From the NCBI GenBank assembly GCA_048772705.1, contig JBLWGC010000005.1, positions 1 through 49,279 of the forward strand: a stretch of DNA of 49,279 nucleotides, read 5' to 3'. Of the stretch, positions 39,896-49,220 are shown one piece after another. The stretch comes from Leidyana gryllorum EB-2025a (Eukaryota > Protista > Apicomplexa). Every line of letters begins with the position of its first letter. Position 1 is the first letter of the stretch. The position numbers and the translations under genes are program-made. A model generated the notes under the pieces. That model did no database searches and was not told the DNA's origin. It saw only the letters and a program-made list of their open reading frames with translations.

Positions 39896-40113
39896 CGAGT
39901 CACAACAGTTGCACTGACGAATGAGGCGCCAGAGAACTGTGAGTCGGTCTCAGATTGGAAGTCCACCTGGGTTTGGCGGGTGGGCGGCTATCTCAAGTGG
40001 TAGAGCGGTGACTTGGCAGGCAAGAGGTCAGTTTAGACACCTATCAATGCCACAGGACAGGCTGAACATGGGGGCATTTGGTCACTCCTCGCGGCATGTC
40101 GAATTCGACAGTT

Positions 40114-40195
40114 GGCAACTTGCCCGAGTGGTTAAGGGGGTAGACTTGAAATCTACTGGGCCTGGCCCGCGCTGGTTCAAATCCAGCAGTTGTCG
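40114..40195 (+). tRNA. trnS: tRNA-Ser(TGA)
   Basis: intact. Confidence 0.92.
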
Positions 40196-40277
40196 TGCGA
40201 TCTGATTGGAGGGGCAGACAACAACTCACTCCTGAAACCCCAGAATTGTGCCTCAATCAACCATCTGCCATCTTCTC

Positions 40278-40348
40278 TGCATCTGCCGGGAATCGAACCT
40301 GGGTCGTCTCGGTGGCAACGAAACATTCTACCACTAGACCACAGATGC
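40278..40348 (-). tRNA. trnG: tRNA-Gly(GCC) variant
   Basis: same as 8482. Confidence 0.8.
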
Positions 40349-40443
40349 ATGACTCGTTGTTGTTCAAGCTCGTGCACAATAACGGCCGTTTTGCTTCAAA
40401 TGAGAAGACAGAATCGAGTTGAGCGAGTATGACGGGCAGTTCT

Positions 40444-40515
40444 GGGTACGTAGCTCAGTGGTAGAGCAGCTGACTGCAGATCAGCAAGTCCGTGGTTCAA
40501 CTCCGCGCGTGCCCT
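40444..40515 (+). tRNA. trnC: tRNA-Cys(GCA)
   Basis: intact. Confidence 0.93.
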
Positions 40516-40596
40516 GAAGATGGTTTGGAACGATCGGAGATGTTGGACCTCCATTCCTGACCACAAGGCAATTAGTTTGGAACGGGAGATGGTTTC

Positions 40597-40668
40597 GGGC
40601 CGATGGCGCAACGGTAGCGCGTCTGACTCCAGATCAGAAGGTTGGGTGTTCGAATCACTCTGGGCTCA
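40597..40668 (+). tRNA. trnW: tRNA-Trp(CCA)
   Basis: one acceptor mismatch. Confidence 0.87.
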
Positions 40669-40848
40669 ATCAGACTTTATGTTCTTCTCGTATGGGGCGC
40701 AACCAAGAATGGGATTCGGACGCACGCCCAGTCGGCGCTGCGCCGTCACATACGTCCCTGCGAGTGCTACAGCTGTCCGCCCGTGTCTAATTGGCACTGG
40801 AGTTCAACGGCGTAGAATTCTAGTGAGTCAGCCATGTGCTATGTCCTC

Positions 40849-40919
40849 TGCATCTGCCGGGAATCGAAAACGGGTCGTCTCGATGGCAACGAGACATTCT
40901 ACCAATAGACCACAGATGC
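40849..40919 (-). pseudogene. tRNA-Gly(GCC), T-stem broken
   Basis: same as 9053. Confidence 0.7.
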
Positions 40920-41294
40920 AGATCACGATCTTGCTGCATCTTGTAGGTGGTGACAACCGTTGTTAGAGAGCCTATCGATGCATCAAAGCCTTGTGTCGGA
41001 ATCGAGCGGCCGACTTCTCGCTCACGAAGCAAATGCTCTGCCCCTCACTCAAGACGGCAATCCAAGCAGGAAATTACGCATCTATTCTCATTGAGGGAGC
41101 TTACTGAAGGACTGTGATCGGATAGTCCGAGGGCTTCCACTGCCGGGACTTGAACCCGGACCGTGCGAGGAGAGCCGCATATCCTAGCCGGTCGCAGCCA
41201 TACCCTCAGGTGATCGAGACAGCGCCTGCCTTATTAGCTGAGGGGCCGAACGCTCGACGGGCGCGAATAGTGACACCAGATGTCACAATCTCTC

Positions 41295-41367
41295 TGCCTC
41301 GGCCGTGGATCGAACACGGGACTTCCAGATCTTCAGTCTGGCGCTCTCCCAACTGAGCTACCGAGGC
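41295..41367 (-). tRNA. trnF: tRNA-Phe(GAA)
   Basis: intact. Confidence 0.93.
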
Positions 41368-41741
41368 ACTAAAAAGTCTTGAAACGCGGTGAAAATAAGC
41401 ACTCGCCGCAGCCGCATCTGGGGCCACTCCTCGCGGCATCCCGAGTTCGACAGTTGCCAACTTGCCCGAGTGGGAGGGGTGGTGGATTTGAATTCTATTG
41501 GGCCTGGTCCGCGCGGGTGCATGCTTTGGGCGAGAGCCGTACCATCCTGAAAAGCAGTGGGATGTCAGGTCAACACCAAAATTAGCTTTTCTGGGAATCG
41601 GATCCATTTCTCTTTCCATTCTGACAGGGATACCACCGCTAGACCAAATAGCCGAATACTTGGATGCATGCAACCGGATATACAGATAGAGATTCGAATC
41701 TACCGTAGCTTTTCCAGCCTATTCTCGAGGATGATCACCGT

Positions 41742-41825
41742 TGCACAGAATGGCATTCGAACCCATGCAGACTTGCGCCTACGAGAACTTGAGTCTGGCC
41801 CCTTAGACCACTCGGGCATCTGTGC
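41742..41825 (-). tRNA. trnL: tRNA-Leu(CAA), degenerating
   Basis: C61G plus anticodon-stem mismatch. Confidence 0.74.
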
Positions 41826-42099
41826 GTTACTTTCTTTCTGAGTTCCTGAGTGTTAATGGCTTCCGTTGCGACGTCGATGTCGTTCTGGGTGCAGTGTACC
41901 GCCCCGGAGTACTCTTACGCCCCGAGTTGCTTAGATGGCAACGCACGTGATTGTAGTGGTGGCATCAAATATTCGACGACCAAATTCTGTGCCGCCGGGA
42001 GTTGAGGAGTGGACTCCTTACAACGTAGTTCGTCTGACACTGCTGTTCCATTCCATCCTGATCGATGTTTCGCTACCTGTACAGCCTCGCTCAAAGATT

Positions 42100-42171
42100 G
42101 TCCGAGTCGTCTAGTGGTTAGGACAGCACGTTGTGGCCGTGCAAACCCAGGCTCGATTCCTGGCTCGGACA
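42100..42171 (+). tRNA. trnH: tRNA-His(GTG)
   Basis: intact. Confidence 0.9.
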
Positions 42172-42264
42172 ACCAATCTAAAGTGCATTGCAGATCCCCT
42201 CCAAACCTCTCAGATCCTTATCGAGACTGAGAGACCAGTCAGAAAAGCTTAAGTGCGTGAGCAA

Positions 42265-42335
42265 AGCCTTCTGCAGGAATCGAACCGGCGACCTTTCGCT
42301 TACAAAGCGAATGCTCTGTCACCAGCTAAGAAGGC
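42265..42335 (-). pseudogene. tRNA-Thr(TGT), degenerate
   Basis: D-loop and T-stem lesions. Confidence 0.68.
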
Positions 42336-42436
42336 AATGTTAACGGAAGTTACTGAAGCTCATTGTTCCACCGGTCGAACGGATCCAGGGCTCCACCCAA
42401 CGGCAAATAGGGTGTAACTTAGTTTAGAGCTTCGTT

Positions 42437-42509
42437 GCCGCCCTAGCTCAGTCCGTAGAGCGCAAGACTTTCAATCTTGCAGTCGCGGGTTCGAGCCCCG
42501 CGGGCGGTG
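42437..42509 (+). tRNA. tRNA-Lys body with anticodon TTC
   Basis: CAAGA-CT TTC AA-TCTTG; G18C. Confidence 0.75.
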
Positions 42510-42639
42510 TGGCTCTATCTCCCTTACTAACCACTATACTGACTCGGACGCTCCGAACACGCCGGCCTCATATCCCAGAAGTCTTTCTATTTCGGCTCAC
42601 GGACAAAAAACGCGTGGAGCGACGAATCAACAAGACTGC

Positions 42640-42719
42640 GGCAAGATGGCCGAGTGGTCCAAGGCGCTGTGTTAAGGCCGCAGTCCGAAGGGGCGTGGGT
42701 TCGAATCCCACTCTTGTCA
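42640..42719 (+). tRNA. trnL: tRNA-Leu(AAG)
   Basis: near-intact. Confidence 0.89.
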
Positions 42720-42930
42720 GCCATGGTATCGGCACTCGGTCAGCCACTGGATGCAATAGGTCTTCCATGTAGAGCGCATGGGGAGAGGTACTGGGATCCA
42801 TACCCAGGTCGTCCAAAGTACATACGGCTGCACGTGGCGGGATCCAAACAAACTTACATCTTTGAAGAGTCGCAGACCACAAGTGTGATTGGGAGAGCAG
42901 CGCAGTCAGTGTTTAGTGTGCCTCTGAAAC

Positions 42931-43003
42931 CGGTCCTGGCAGGTTTCGAACCTGCGACTTTGTGGTTAACAGCCACACGCTCTGCCGACTGAGCTACAAG
43001 ACC
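42931..43003 (-). tRNA. trnN: tRNA-Asn(GTT)
   Basis: intact. Confidence 0.93.
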
Positions 43004-43118
43004 CAGCTACAATGGTTCACAGGTTAGTATAGACATCCTCCTTTTTGTACCGCAGGATTGCAACCACGTCTTGTCAAAAGGGTACGGCTCTCGGCTAAAG
43101 CTGCAGCTGAGGGAGTTG

Positions 43119-43191
43119 TCCACTGTAGTCTAAGTGGCTAGGATATGCGGCTCTCACCCGCACGATCCGGGTTCAAGTCCCGGCAGTGGAA
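43119..43191 (+). tRNA. trnE: tRNA-Glu(CTC)
   Basis: intact. Confidence 0.92.
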
Positions 43192-43267
43192 GTCATTGAA
43201 GTACTCGAGCAAAGTGCTCCACTAATCTCCGTCAGTAGCCATCGCTTCGTTATCTCCGACTTACATT

Positions 43268-43331
43268 GCCTTCTAAGCTTAGGGGCAGAGCGTTCGCTTC
43301 GTAAGCGTCGGCTCGATTCCGGCAGAAGGCT
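43268..43331 (+). pseudogene. tRNA-Thr(CGT), internal deletion
   Basis: same deletion as 33212. Confidence 0.7.
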
Positions 43332-43380
43332 TTGCTCACGACCCAGTCAATTCTATAACTGTTTCCCTCCTGCGCACACT

Positions 43381-43452
43381 TAGCAGTGCGTCGTTTCGAT
43401 CGACGAACATTTGGGTTATGAGCCCAACACTCTTCCACTGAGCTACAATGCT
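43381..43452 (-). tRNA. trnM: initiator tRNA-Met variant
   Basis: one acceptor mismatch. Confidence 0.8.
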
Positions 43453-43588
43453 CAGTCTGCAACATGGAAGAGGTAGCCGAAATGCGATTCTTGAGATGCT
43501 AGTTACCCTCCCTACCCAAGTGGGCTAACGAGGTGGTTGTGTTGTTTCTGAGGGCAACTTGTCCCGTCGGGTCAACCGACGACCAAGA

Positions 43589-43659
43589 GGGCTGTTCTGG
43601 GAATCGAACCAGGACTACTTCCACCCTGAGGAAGGATCATACCACTAGACCAAACAGCC
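43589..43659 (-). pseudogene. tRNA-Pro(AGG), degenerate
   Basis: U33C, T-stem deletion. Confidence 0.66.
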
Positions 43660-43690
43660 GACTGGTCGGTGGTTCAAACCGCTGGGTACA

Positions 43691-43790
43691 GTCGAGAGAC
43701 TCGTATCACTATGTGAAGTATCACTCAATGCCATGAGGTAGTCGAGAGACTCGTATCACTATGTGAAGTACCACTCAATGCCATGAGGTA
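43691..43790 (+). repeat. 50-bp tandem duplication
   Basis: GTCGAGAGACTCG...CATGAGGTA x2. Confidence 0.88.
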
Positions 43791-43965
43791 GTCATAGAGG
43801 GAGGCTGGCCCAGATGATGAAACGGTGGCTTAGTATACGAAAGGTTCTGGGATCGATTGCCAGCCCATCCGAACTACATAGATGGAACCCTCGCGGGAGT
43901 AGTCTAGTTGGCCTGTCAACGCTGTCCATCAGGTTGAGTAGTAGTTTGCCGATGACCCCTCTACT

Positions 43966-44045
43966 TCCGGTGGGACGGAATCGAACCGCCTACTATCTGA
44001 TGCCAGCACAACAGTCAGATGCTCTACCAACTGAGCTACCCCCGG
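43966..44045 (-). tRNA. tRNA-Tyr body with intron and anticodon GTT
   Basis: TCTGA-CT GTT G[TGCTGGC]A-TCAGA. Confidence 0.78.
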
Positions 44046-44312
44046 CCGTCCAACTGCCCCGGGGTTCGAAAGGCTCAACCCCAGATCCTCGCCCTTTGGA
44101 CTGCGGCCTTAACACAGCGCCTTAGACCACTCGGCCATCTTGCCGGAGTGCTCTTGGCTCGCCGCTTTACACGTTTTCTGATCGTGAGTCAAAATAGAAA
44201 GACTTCTGGGATTGGAGGCCGGCGTGTATGTCCGCCTGTCACGCGGAAGACCAGGGTTCGTTTCCCGGTCTCGGGGCACAGTTGATTTCGCTTAGGATTG
44301 TTTCCTTTGATT

Positions 44313-44384
44313 CTCGAGATAGTATAGCGGTTAGTGTCTCCGCCTGTCACGCGGAAGACCCGGGTTCGATTCCCGGCCTCGGAG
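44313..44384 (+). pseudogene. tRNA-Asp(GTC), degenerate
   Basis: acceptor mismatches. Confidence 0.68.
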
Positions 44385-44436
44385 ATAGATCGTCTTCCGC
44401 TCTAGATTTCGTGATGCTCACCTGAACGATGCGTGT

Positions 44437-44506
44437 TACAGCCACCGAGGATGGAACTCGGGACCTTTTGGGTGTTAAACAGACGTCGTGACCACTAGAT
44501 GGCTGC
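44437..44506 (-). pseudogene. tRNA-Val pseudogene
   Basis: deletion and substitutions. Confidence 0.65.
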
Positions 44507-44646
44507 ACGGAGCTTCCCGGTTGCGAAAGGGGCGTGTGTCTCTGGAACCACGTATCCGATGAGCCTGATTTTTATGTATCGGCCTAAGTTGGACGGCCTG
44601 GACTAGTCAAGACCCTTCGCTTTGTATTCAGGAATGGAGATGTCAC

Positions 44647-44717
44647 GCATCTGTGGTTTAGTGGTAGACTGTGTGGTTGCCACCGAGACGACCCAGGTTC
44701 GATTCCCGGCAGATGCA
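44647..44717 (+). pseudogene. tRNA-Gly(GCC), degenerate
   Basis: anticodon stem broken. Confidence 0.68.
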
Positions 44718-44781
44718 GAGAAGATGGCACATGGTTGAGTTTCATGCGTGAGTTGGTGTTTGACCCTCCGATCACATCGCA

Positions 44782-44863
44782 CGACAACTGCTGGATTTGA
44801 ACCAGCGCGGGCCAGGCCCAGTAGATTTCTAGTCTACCCCCTTAACCACTCGGGCAAGTTGCC
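44782..44863 (-). tRNA. trnS: tRNA-Ser(AGA)
   Basis: intact. Confidence 0.92.
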
Positions 44864-45154
44864 GCTGTCGAACTTGGCATTTTGCGGCCAGTGGCTTCAC
44901 ATACGGTTCCGCGAGCTTTACTGGGACTGCTCGCGCCGCCCAAACCCGCGGATCTCCCTTCAAAAGTCTTGCGCTCTAGTGACGGAGTTGGGGCGGCAAG
45001 GAAGCTCGCCCCGTACCCGAGGAAGGCCCAAGATTCCACGATCAATACAAATGGAATTGGTTACTAAGTCCGAATCTGTATCAGAGATCACGCCGACATA
45101 CCATGTTTTCCAAGACGGTACGGTTCTCGGCCGAAGCCCCAACTCAACCACTCG

Positions 45155-45227
45155 TCCACTGTAGTCTAAGTGGCTAGGATATGCGGCTTTCACCCGCACG
45201 ATCCGGGTTCAAGTCCCGGCAGTGGAA
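45155..45227 (+). tRNA. trnE: tRNA-Glu(TTC)
   Basis: intact. Confidence 0.92.
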
Positions 45228-45303
45228 GTCATTGAACTACTCTAGCAAAGTGCTCCACTAATCTCCGTCAATAGCGATTGTTTCGTCATCTCCGGCTTCC
45301 ATT

Positions 45304-45375
45304 GCCTTCTTAGTTTAGGGGCAGAGCGTTCGCTTCGTAAGCGAGAAGTCGCCGGTTCGATTCCGGCAGAAGGCT
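45304..45375 (+). tRNA. trnT: tRNA-Thr(CGT)
   Basis: near-intact. Confidence 0.87.
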
Positions 45376-45555
45376 TTGATGCATCATTAGGTTAAGAGGA
45401 ATGGCTGTCACCACGCACAAGATTCACAAGATCGTGTTCTGCATCTGTGGTCTAGTGGAAGAGTCGCTCGCTGCCATCGAGATAACCTGTGTGCGATTCG
45501 CGACAGATGCAAAATGATAGCAAGATGAGTTTGTCGGCGGTTTCGATTTCGACCG

Positions 45556-45618
45556 TGGGAGTGGAGAGGATCGAACTCTCGACTTCAGGATTATGAGACC
45601 TACGCGCTACCCTCCCCC
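45556..45618 (-). pseudogene. elongator tRNA-Met(CAT), 5'/D-arm deleted
   Basis: TAGGT-CT CAT AA-TCCTG. Confidence 0.78.
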
Positions 45619-45691
45619 CCGACTGTCTCCGAAGAATCACCCGAACCCAGAACCATGCTGCCAGGCAGGTTGGGTCAAGATTCAACAAAGC

Positions 45692-45763
45692 GGGCTGTTC
45701 TGGGAATCGAACCAAGCACTCCTTCCACCCTAAGGAAGAATCATACCACTAGACCAAACAGCC
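45692..45763 (-). tRNA. trnP: tRNA-Pro(AGG), degenerating
   Basis: T-stem mismatch. Confidence 0.72.
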
Positions 45764-46023
45764 GCCTGTCGGTCGTGCAACCGCTGAGTACAGTCGAGAG
45801 AGTGATCATACGATGTTGAGAACAAAAAATGCGATGGGGTCTGCACAGGGCGACTAGGTCAAATGGTAGAGCGCTCGCTTAGGTACTGGGATCGATGCCC
45901 AGGTCGTCCAAAGTACGTACGGCAGCACGTGGCGGGAGCCAAACCCAACCTTACATCTTTGAAGGGTCGCAGACCACGCCATTGCGAGAGCAGCACAGTC
46001 ACTGTCTAGGGTACCTCTGAAAC

Positions 46024-46096
46024 CGGTCCTGGCAGGTTTCGAACCTGCGACTTTGTGGTTAACAGCCACACGCTCTGCCGACTGAGCTACAAGACC
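46024..46096 (-). tRNA. trnN: tRNA-Asn(GTT)
   Basis: intact. Confidence 0.93.
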
Positions 46097-46213
46097 CAGC
46101 TACAATGGTTCACAGGTTAGTATAGACATCCTCCTTTTTGTACCGCAGGATTCTGCAACCACGTCTTGTCAAGAGGGTACGGCTCTCGGCTAAAGCTGTA
46201 GCTGAGGGAGTTG

Positions 46214-46286
46214 TCCACTGTAGTCTAAGTGGCTAGGATATGCGGCTCTCACCCGCACGATCCGGCTTCAAGTCGCGGCAGTGGAA
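46214..46286 (+). tRNA. trnE: tRNA-Glu(CTC), T-stem damaged
   Basis: G53C. Confidence 0.72.
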
Positions 46287-46362
46287 GTCATTGAAGTACT
46301 CGAGCAAAGTGCTCCACTAATCTCCGTCAGTAGCCATCGCTTCGTTATCTCCGACTTACATT

Positions 46363-46426
46363 GCCTTCTAAGCTTAGGGGCAGAGCGTTCGCTTCGTAAG
46401 CGCCGGCTCGATTCCGGCAGAAGGCT
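46363..46426 (+). pseudogene. tRNA-Thr(CGT), internal deletion
   Basis: same deletion as 33212. Confidence 0.7.
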
Positions 46427-46475
46427 TTGCTCACGACCCAGTCAATTCTATAACTGTTTCCCTCCTGCGCACACT

Positions 46476-46547
46476 TAGCAGTGCGTCGTTTCGATCGACG
46501 GACCTTTGGGTTATGAGCCCAACACTCTTCCACTGAGCTACACTGCT
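46476..46547 (-). tRNA. trnM: initiator tRNA-Met(CAT)
   Basis: intact. Confidence 0.93.
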
Positions 46548-46681
46548 CAGTCTGCAACATGGAAGAGGGAGCCGAAATGCGATTTTTGAGATGTTAATTG
46601 TCTTGAGTGCCGAAGTGGTAACGACGTGGTTGTGTTACTTCTAAAACCTGCTTATCCCATCGGGTCAACCGACAACCAAGA

Positions 46682-46753
46682 GGGCTGTTCTGGGAATCGA
46701 ACCCAGGACTCCTTCCACCCTAAGGAAGGATCATACCACTAGACCAAACAGCC
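46682..46753 (-). tRNA. trnP: tRNA-Pro(AGG)
   Basis: intact. Confidence 0.92.
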
Positions 46754-46996
46754 GCCTAGCCGGTGGTTCAACCCGCTGGGTACAGTCGAGAGACTCGTCT
46801 CACTATGTAGAGTATCACTCAATGCCACGAGGTAGGCACAGAGGGAGGCTAGTCCAGATGATGAGACGGTGCTTGGTATACGAAAGGTTCCGGGATCGAT
46901 TCTCAGCCCATCCGAACTACATAGATGGAACCCTCGCCAGAGTAGTCTGGTTGGCCTATCAACGCTGTCTAGTACTTTGCCAATCACCACTCTACT

Positions 46997-47076
46997 TCCG
47001 GTGGGACGGAATCGAACCGCCGACTATCTGATGCCAGCACTACAGTCAGATGCTCTACCCACTGAGCTACCCCCGG
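46997..47076 (-). tRNA. trnY: tRNA-Tyr(GTA) with 7-nt intron
   Basis: mirror of 32562. Confidence 0.88.
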
Positions 47077-47737
47077 CCGTCCAACTGCTCCGGGGTTCGA
47101 AAGGCTCAACCCCAGATCCTCGCCCTGTCGGACTGCGGTCTGAACACAGCGCCTTAGACAAATCGGCCATCTCGCCGGGATGTTGTTGGCTCGCCGCTCC
47201 ACGCGTTTTCTGTCCTTGTGGAACCTCATAATGGAAAAACTTTTGGGGTTGGAGGAAAGTGTGTAGCCATCAAGAGAAAGTTCCATTAGAGACACCGGAG
47301 ACATATTGGGCGAGCCGGAAATCGAGCCTGGCTTCGCACGACCACAACGTGCTGTCCCAACCACTAGACGACTCGGATAATCTGCAAGTAGCTATCAAGG
47401 CAGTGGGGCATCAATCAGGATGAAATGTAACAGGAGCGTTATATGCTCTCTAAATAAGCTACTCCAGGCCGTCCAACTTCTGTGAGGCTCATCGGATACG
47501 CCCCTTTCACAGCCCGGAAGCTCCGTACAGCCATGGTCTACTCCTTACGACGTCTGCTCCACACGCAGGAAAGAAGGTCCCAAGTTCTATCCTGACAAGG
47601 ATGGGATTTGGATCCACGCCCATTCGGCCCTGCGCGGTCACATACGTCCCTGCGAGTGCTACAGCTGTCCGCCCGTGTCTAATTGGCACTGGTGTTCAAC
47701 GGCGTAGAATTCTAGTGAATCAGCCATGTGCTATGTC

Positions 47738-47808
47738 TGCATCTGCCGGGAATCGAAAACGGGTCGTCTCGATGGCAACGAGACATTCTACCAACAGACC
47801 ATAGATGC
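47738..47808 (-). pseudogene. tRNA-Gly(GCC), degenerate
   Basis: T-stem broken. Confidence 0.68.
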
Positions 47809-48177
47809 AGATCACGATCTTGCTGCATCTTGTACGTGGTGACAGCCGTTGTTAGAGAGCCTATCGATCCATCAAAGCCTTCTGTCGGAATCGAGCCGCC
47901 GACTTCTCGCTTACGAAGCAAACGCTCTGCCCCTAACTTAAGACGGCAATCCAAGCAGGAAATTATGCATCTATCCTCATTGAGGGAGCTTACTGAAGGT
48001 CTGTGATCGGATAGTCCGAGGACTTCCACTGCCGGGACTTGAACCCGGACCGTGCGAGTGAGAGCCGCATATCCTAGCCGGCCTCAGCCATACCCACAAG
48101 TGATCGAGACAGGGTCTGCCTCAGACGACAATCGCAACGGAAGCCGTTTGTACGCTGGAACTCAGAAGGAAAGTAAC

Positions 48178-48261
48178 GCACAGATGCCCGGGTGGTCTAA
48201 GGGGCCAGACTCAAGTTCTGGTAGGCGCAAGTCTGCATGGGTTCGAATCCCATTCCGTGCA
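48178..48261 (+). tRNA. trnL: tRNA-Leu(CAA) variant
   Basis: A14G, one acceptor mismatch. Confidence 0.8.
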
Positions 48262-48345
48262 GCGGTTCTCATTCCGGGCGGTATTGGCCATCACTTCCGA
48301 GTCTACGGCTGTACGTAAGTAGCCGTTATATCCCCCTCCCCATTC

Positions 48346-48417
48346 GGCTGTTTGGTCTAGTGGTATGATCCTTCCTTAGGGTGGAAGGAGTCCTGGGTTC
48401 GATTCCCAGAACAGCCC
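48346..48417 (+). tRNA. trnP: tRNA-Pro(AGG)
   Basis: intact. Confidence 0.92.
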
Positions 48418-48552
48418 TCTTGGTCGTCGGTTGACCCGACGGGACAAGTTGCCCTCACAACCAACACAGCCACCTCGTTAGCCACTTCGGCACTCAAGGC
48501 CATTAACATCTCAAGAATCGCATTTCGGCTCCCTCTTCCATGTTGCAGACTG

Positions 48553-48624
48553 AGCACTGTAGCTCAGTGGAAGAGTGTTGAGCTCGTAACCCAAAGGTTC
48601 GTCGATCGAAACGACGCACTGCTA
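48553..48624 (+). pseudogene. initiator tRNA-Met body, anticodon CGT
   Basis: CAT>CGT plus stem mismatches. Confidence 0.72.
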
Positions 48625-48673
48625 AGTGTGCGCAGGAGGGAAACAGTTATAGAATAGATTTTCTCGTGAGCAA

Positions 48674-48745
48674 AGCCTTCTGCTGGAATCGAACCGGCGA
48701 CCTTTCGCTTACTAAGCGAATGCTCTGCCCCTAAGCTAAGAAGGC
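48674..48745 (-). tRNA. trnT: tRNA-Thr(AGT)
   Basis: one T-stem mismatch. Confidence 0.86.
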
Positions 48746-48873
48746 AATATCAGCTGGTAATCACGCATCAGTCACTATTGACGGAAGTTACTGGCGCACA
48801 TTGTTCCACCAGTCAATCCTTCCACTGCTCCACCCAACGGCAAAGAGGGTGTAACTAAGTTTAGAGCTTCCTT

Positions 48874-48946
48874 GCCGCCCTAGCTCAGTCGGTAGAGCGC
48901 AAGACTTTTAATCTTGCAGTCGCGGGTTCGAGCCCCGCGGGCGGTG
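48874..48946 (+). tRNA. trnK: tRNA-Lys(TTT)
   Basis: intact. Confidence 0.93.
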
Positions 48947-49006
48947 CAAATCAATGTCTCTGGGAGTAGGAATGGAACCGTTGCCTACAAGCACATTCAG
49001 CTGGAT

Positions 49007-49079
49007 TTCCACTGCCGGGACTTGAACCCGGATCGTGCGGGTGAGAGCCGCGTATCCTAGCCACTTAGACTACAGTGGA
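49007..49079 (-). tRNA. trnE: tRNA-Glu(CTC)
   Basis: near-intact. Confidence 0.87.
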
Positions 49080-49220
49080 CAACTCCCTTAGCTGCAGCTT
49101 TAGCCGAGAGCCGTACCCTCTTGACAAGACGTGGTCTGGTGAATCTACAACAAAGGGGTTGCAGAGTCCTGCGATAGGAAGCGGGGGGTCTCTATACTGA
49201 CCTCTGAAACGTTGTCGCTG

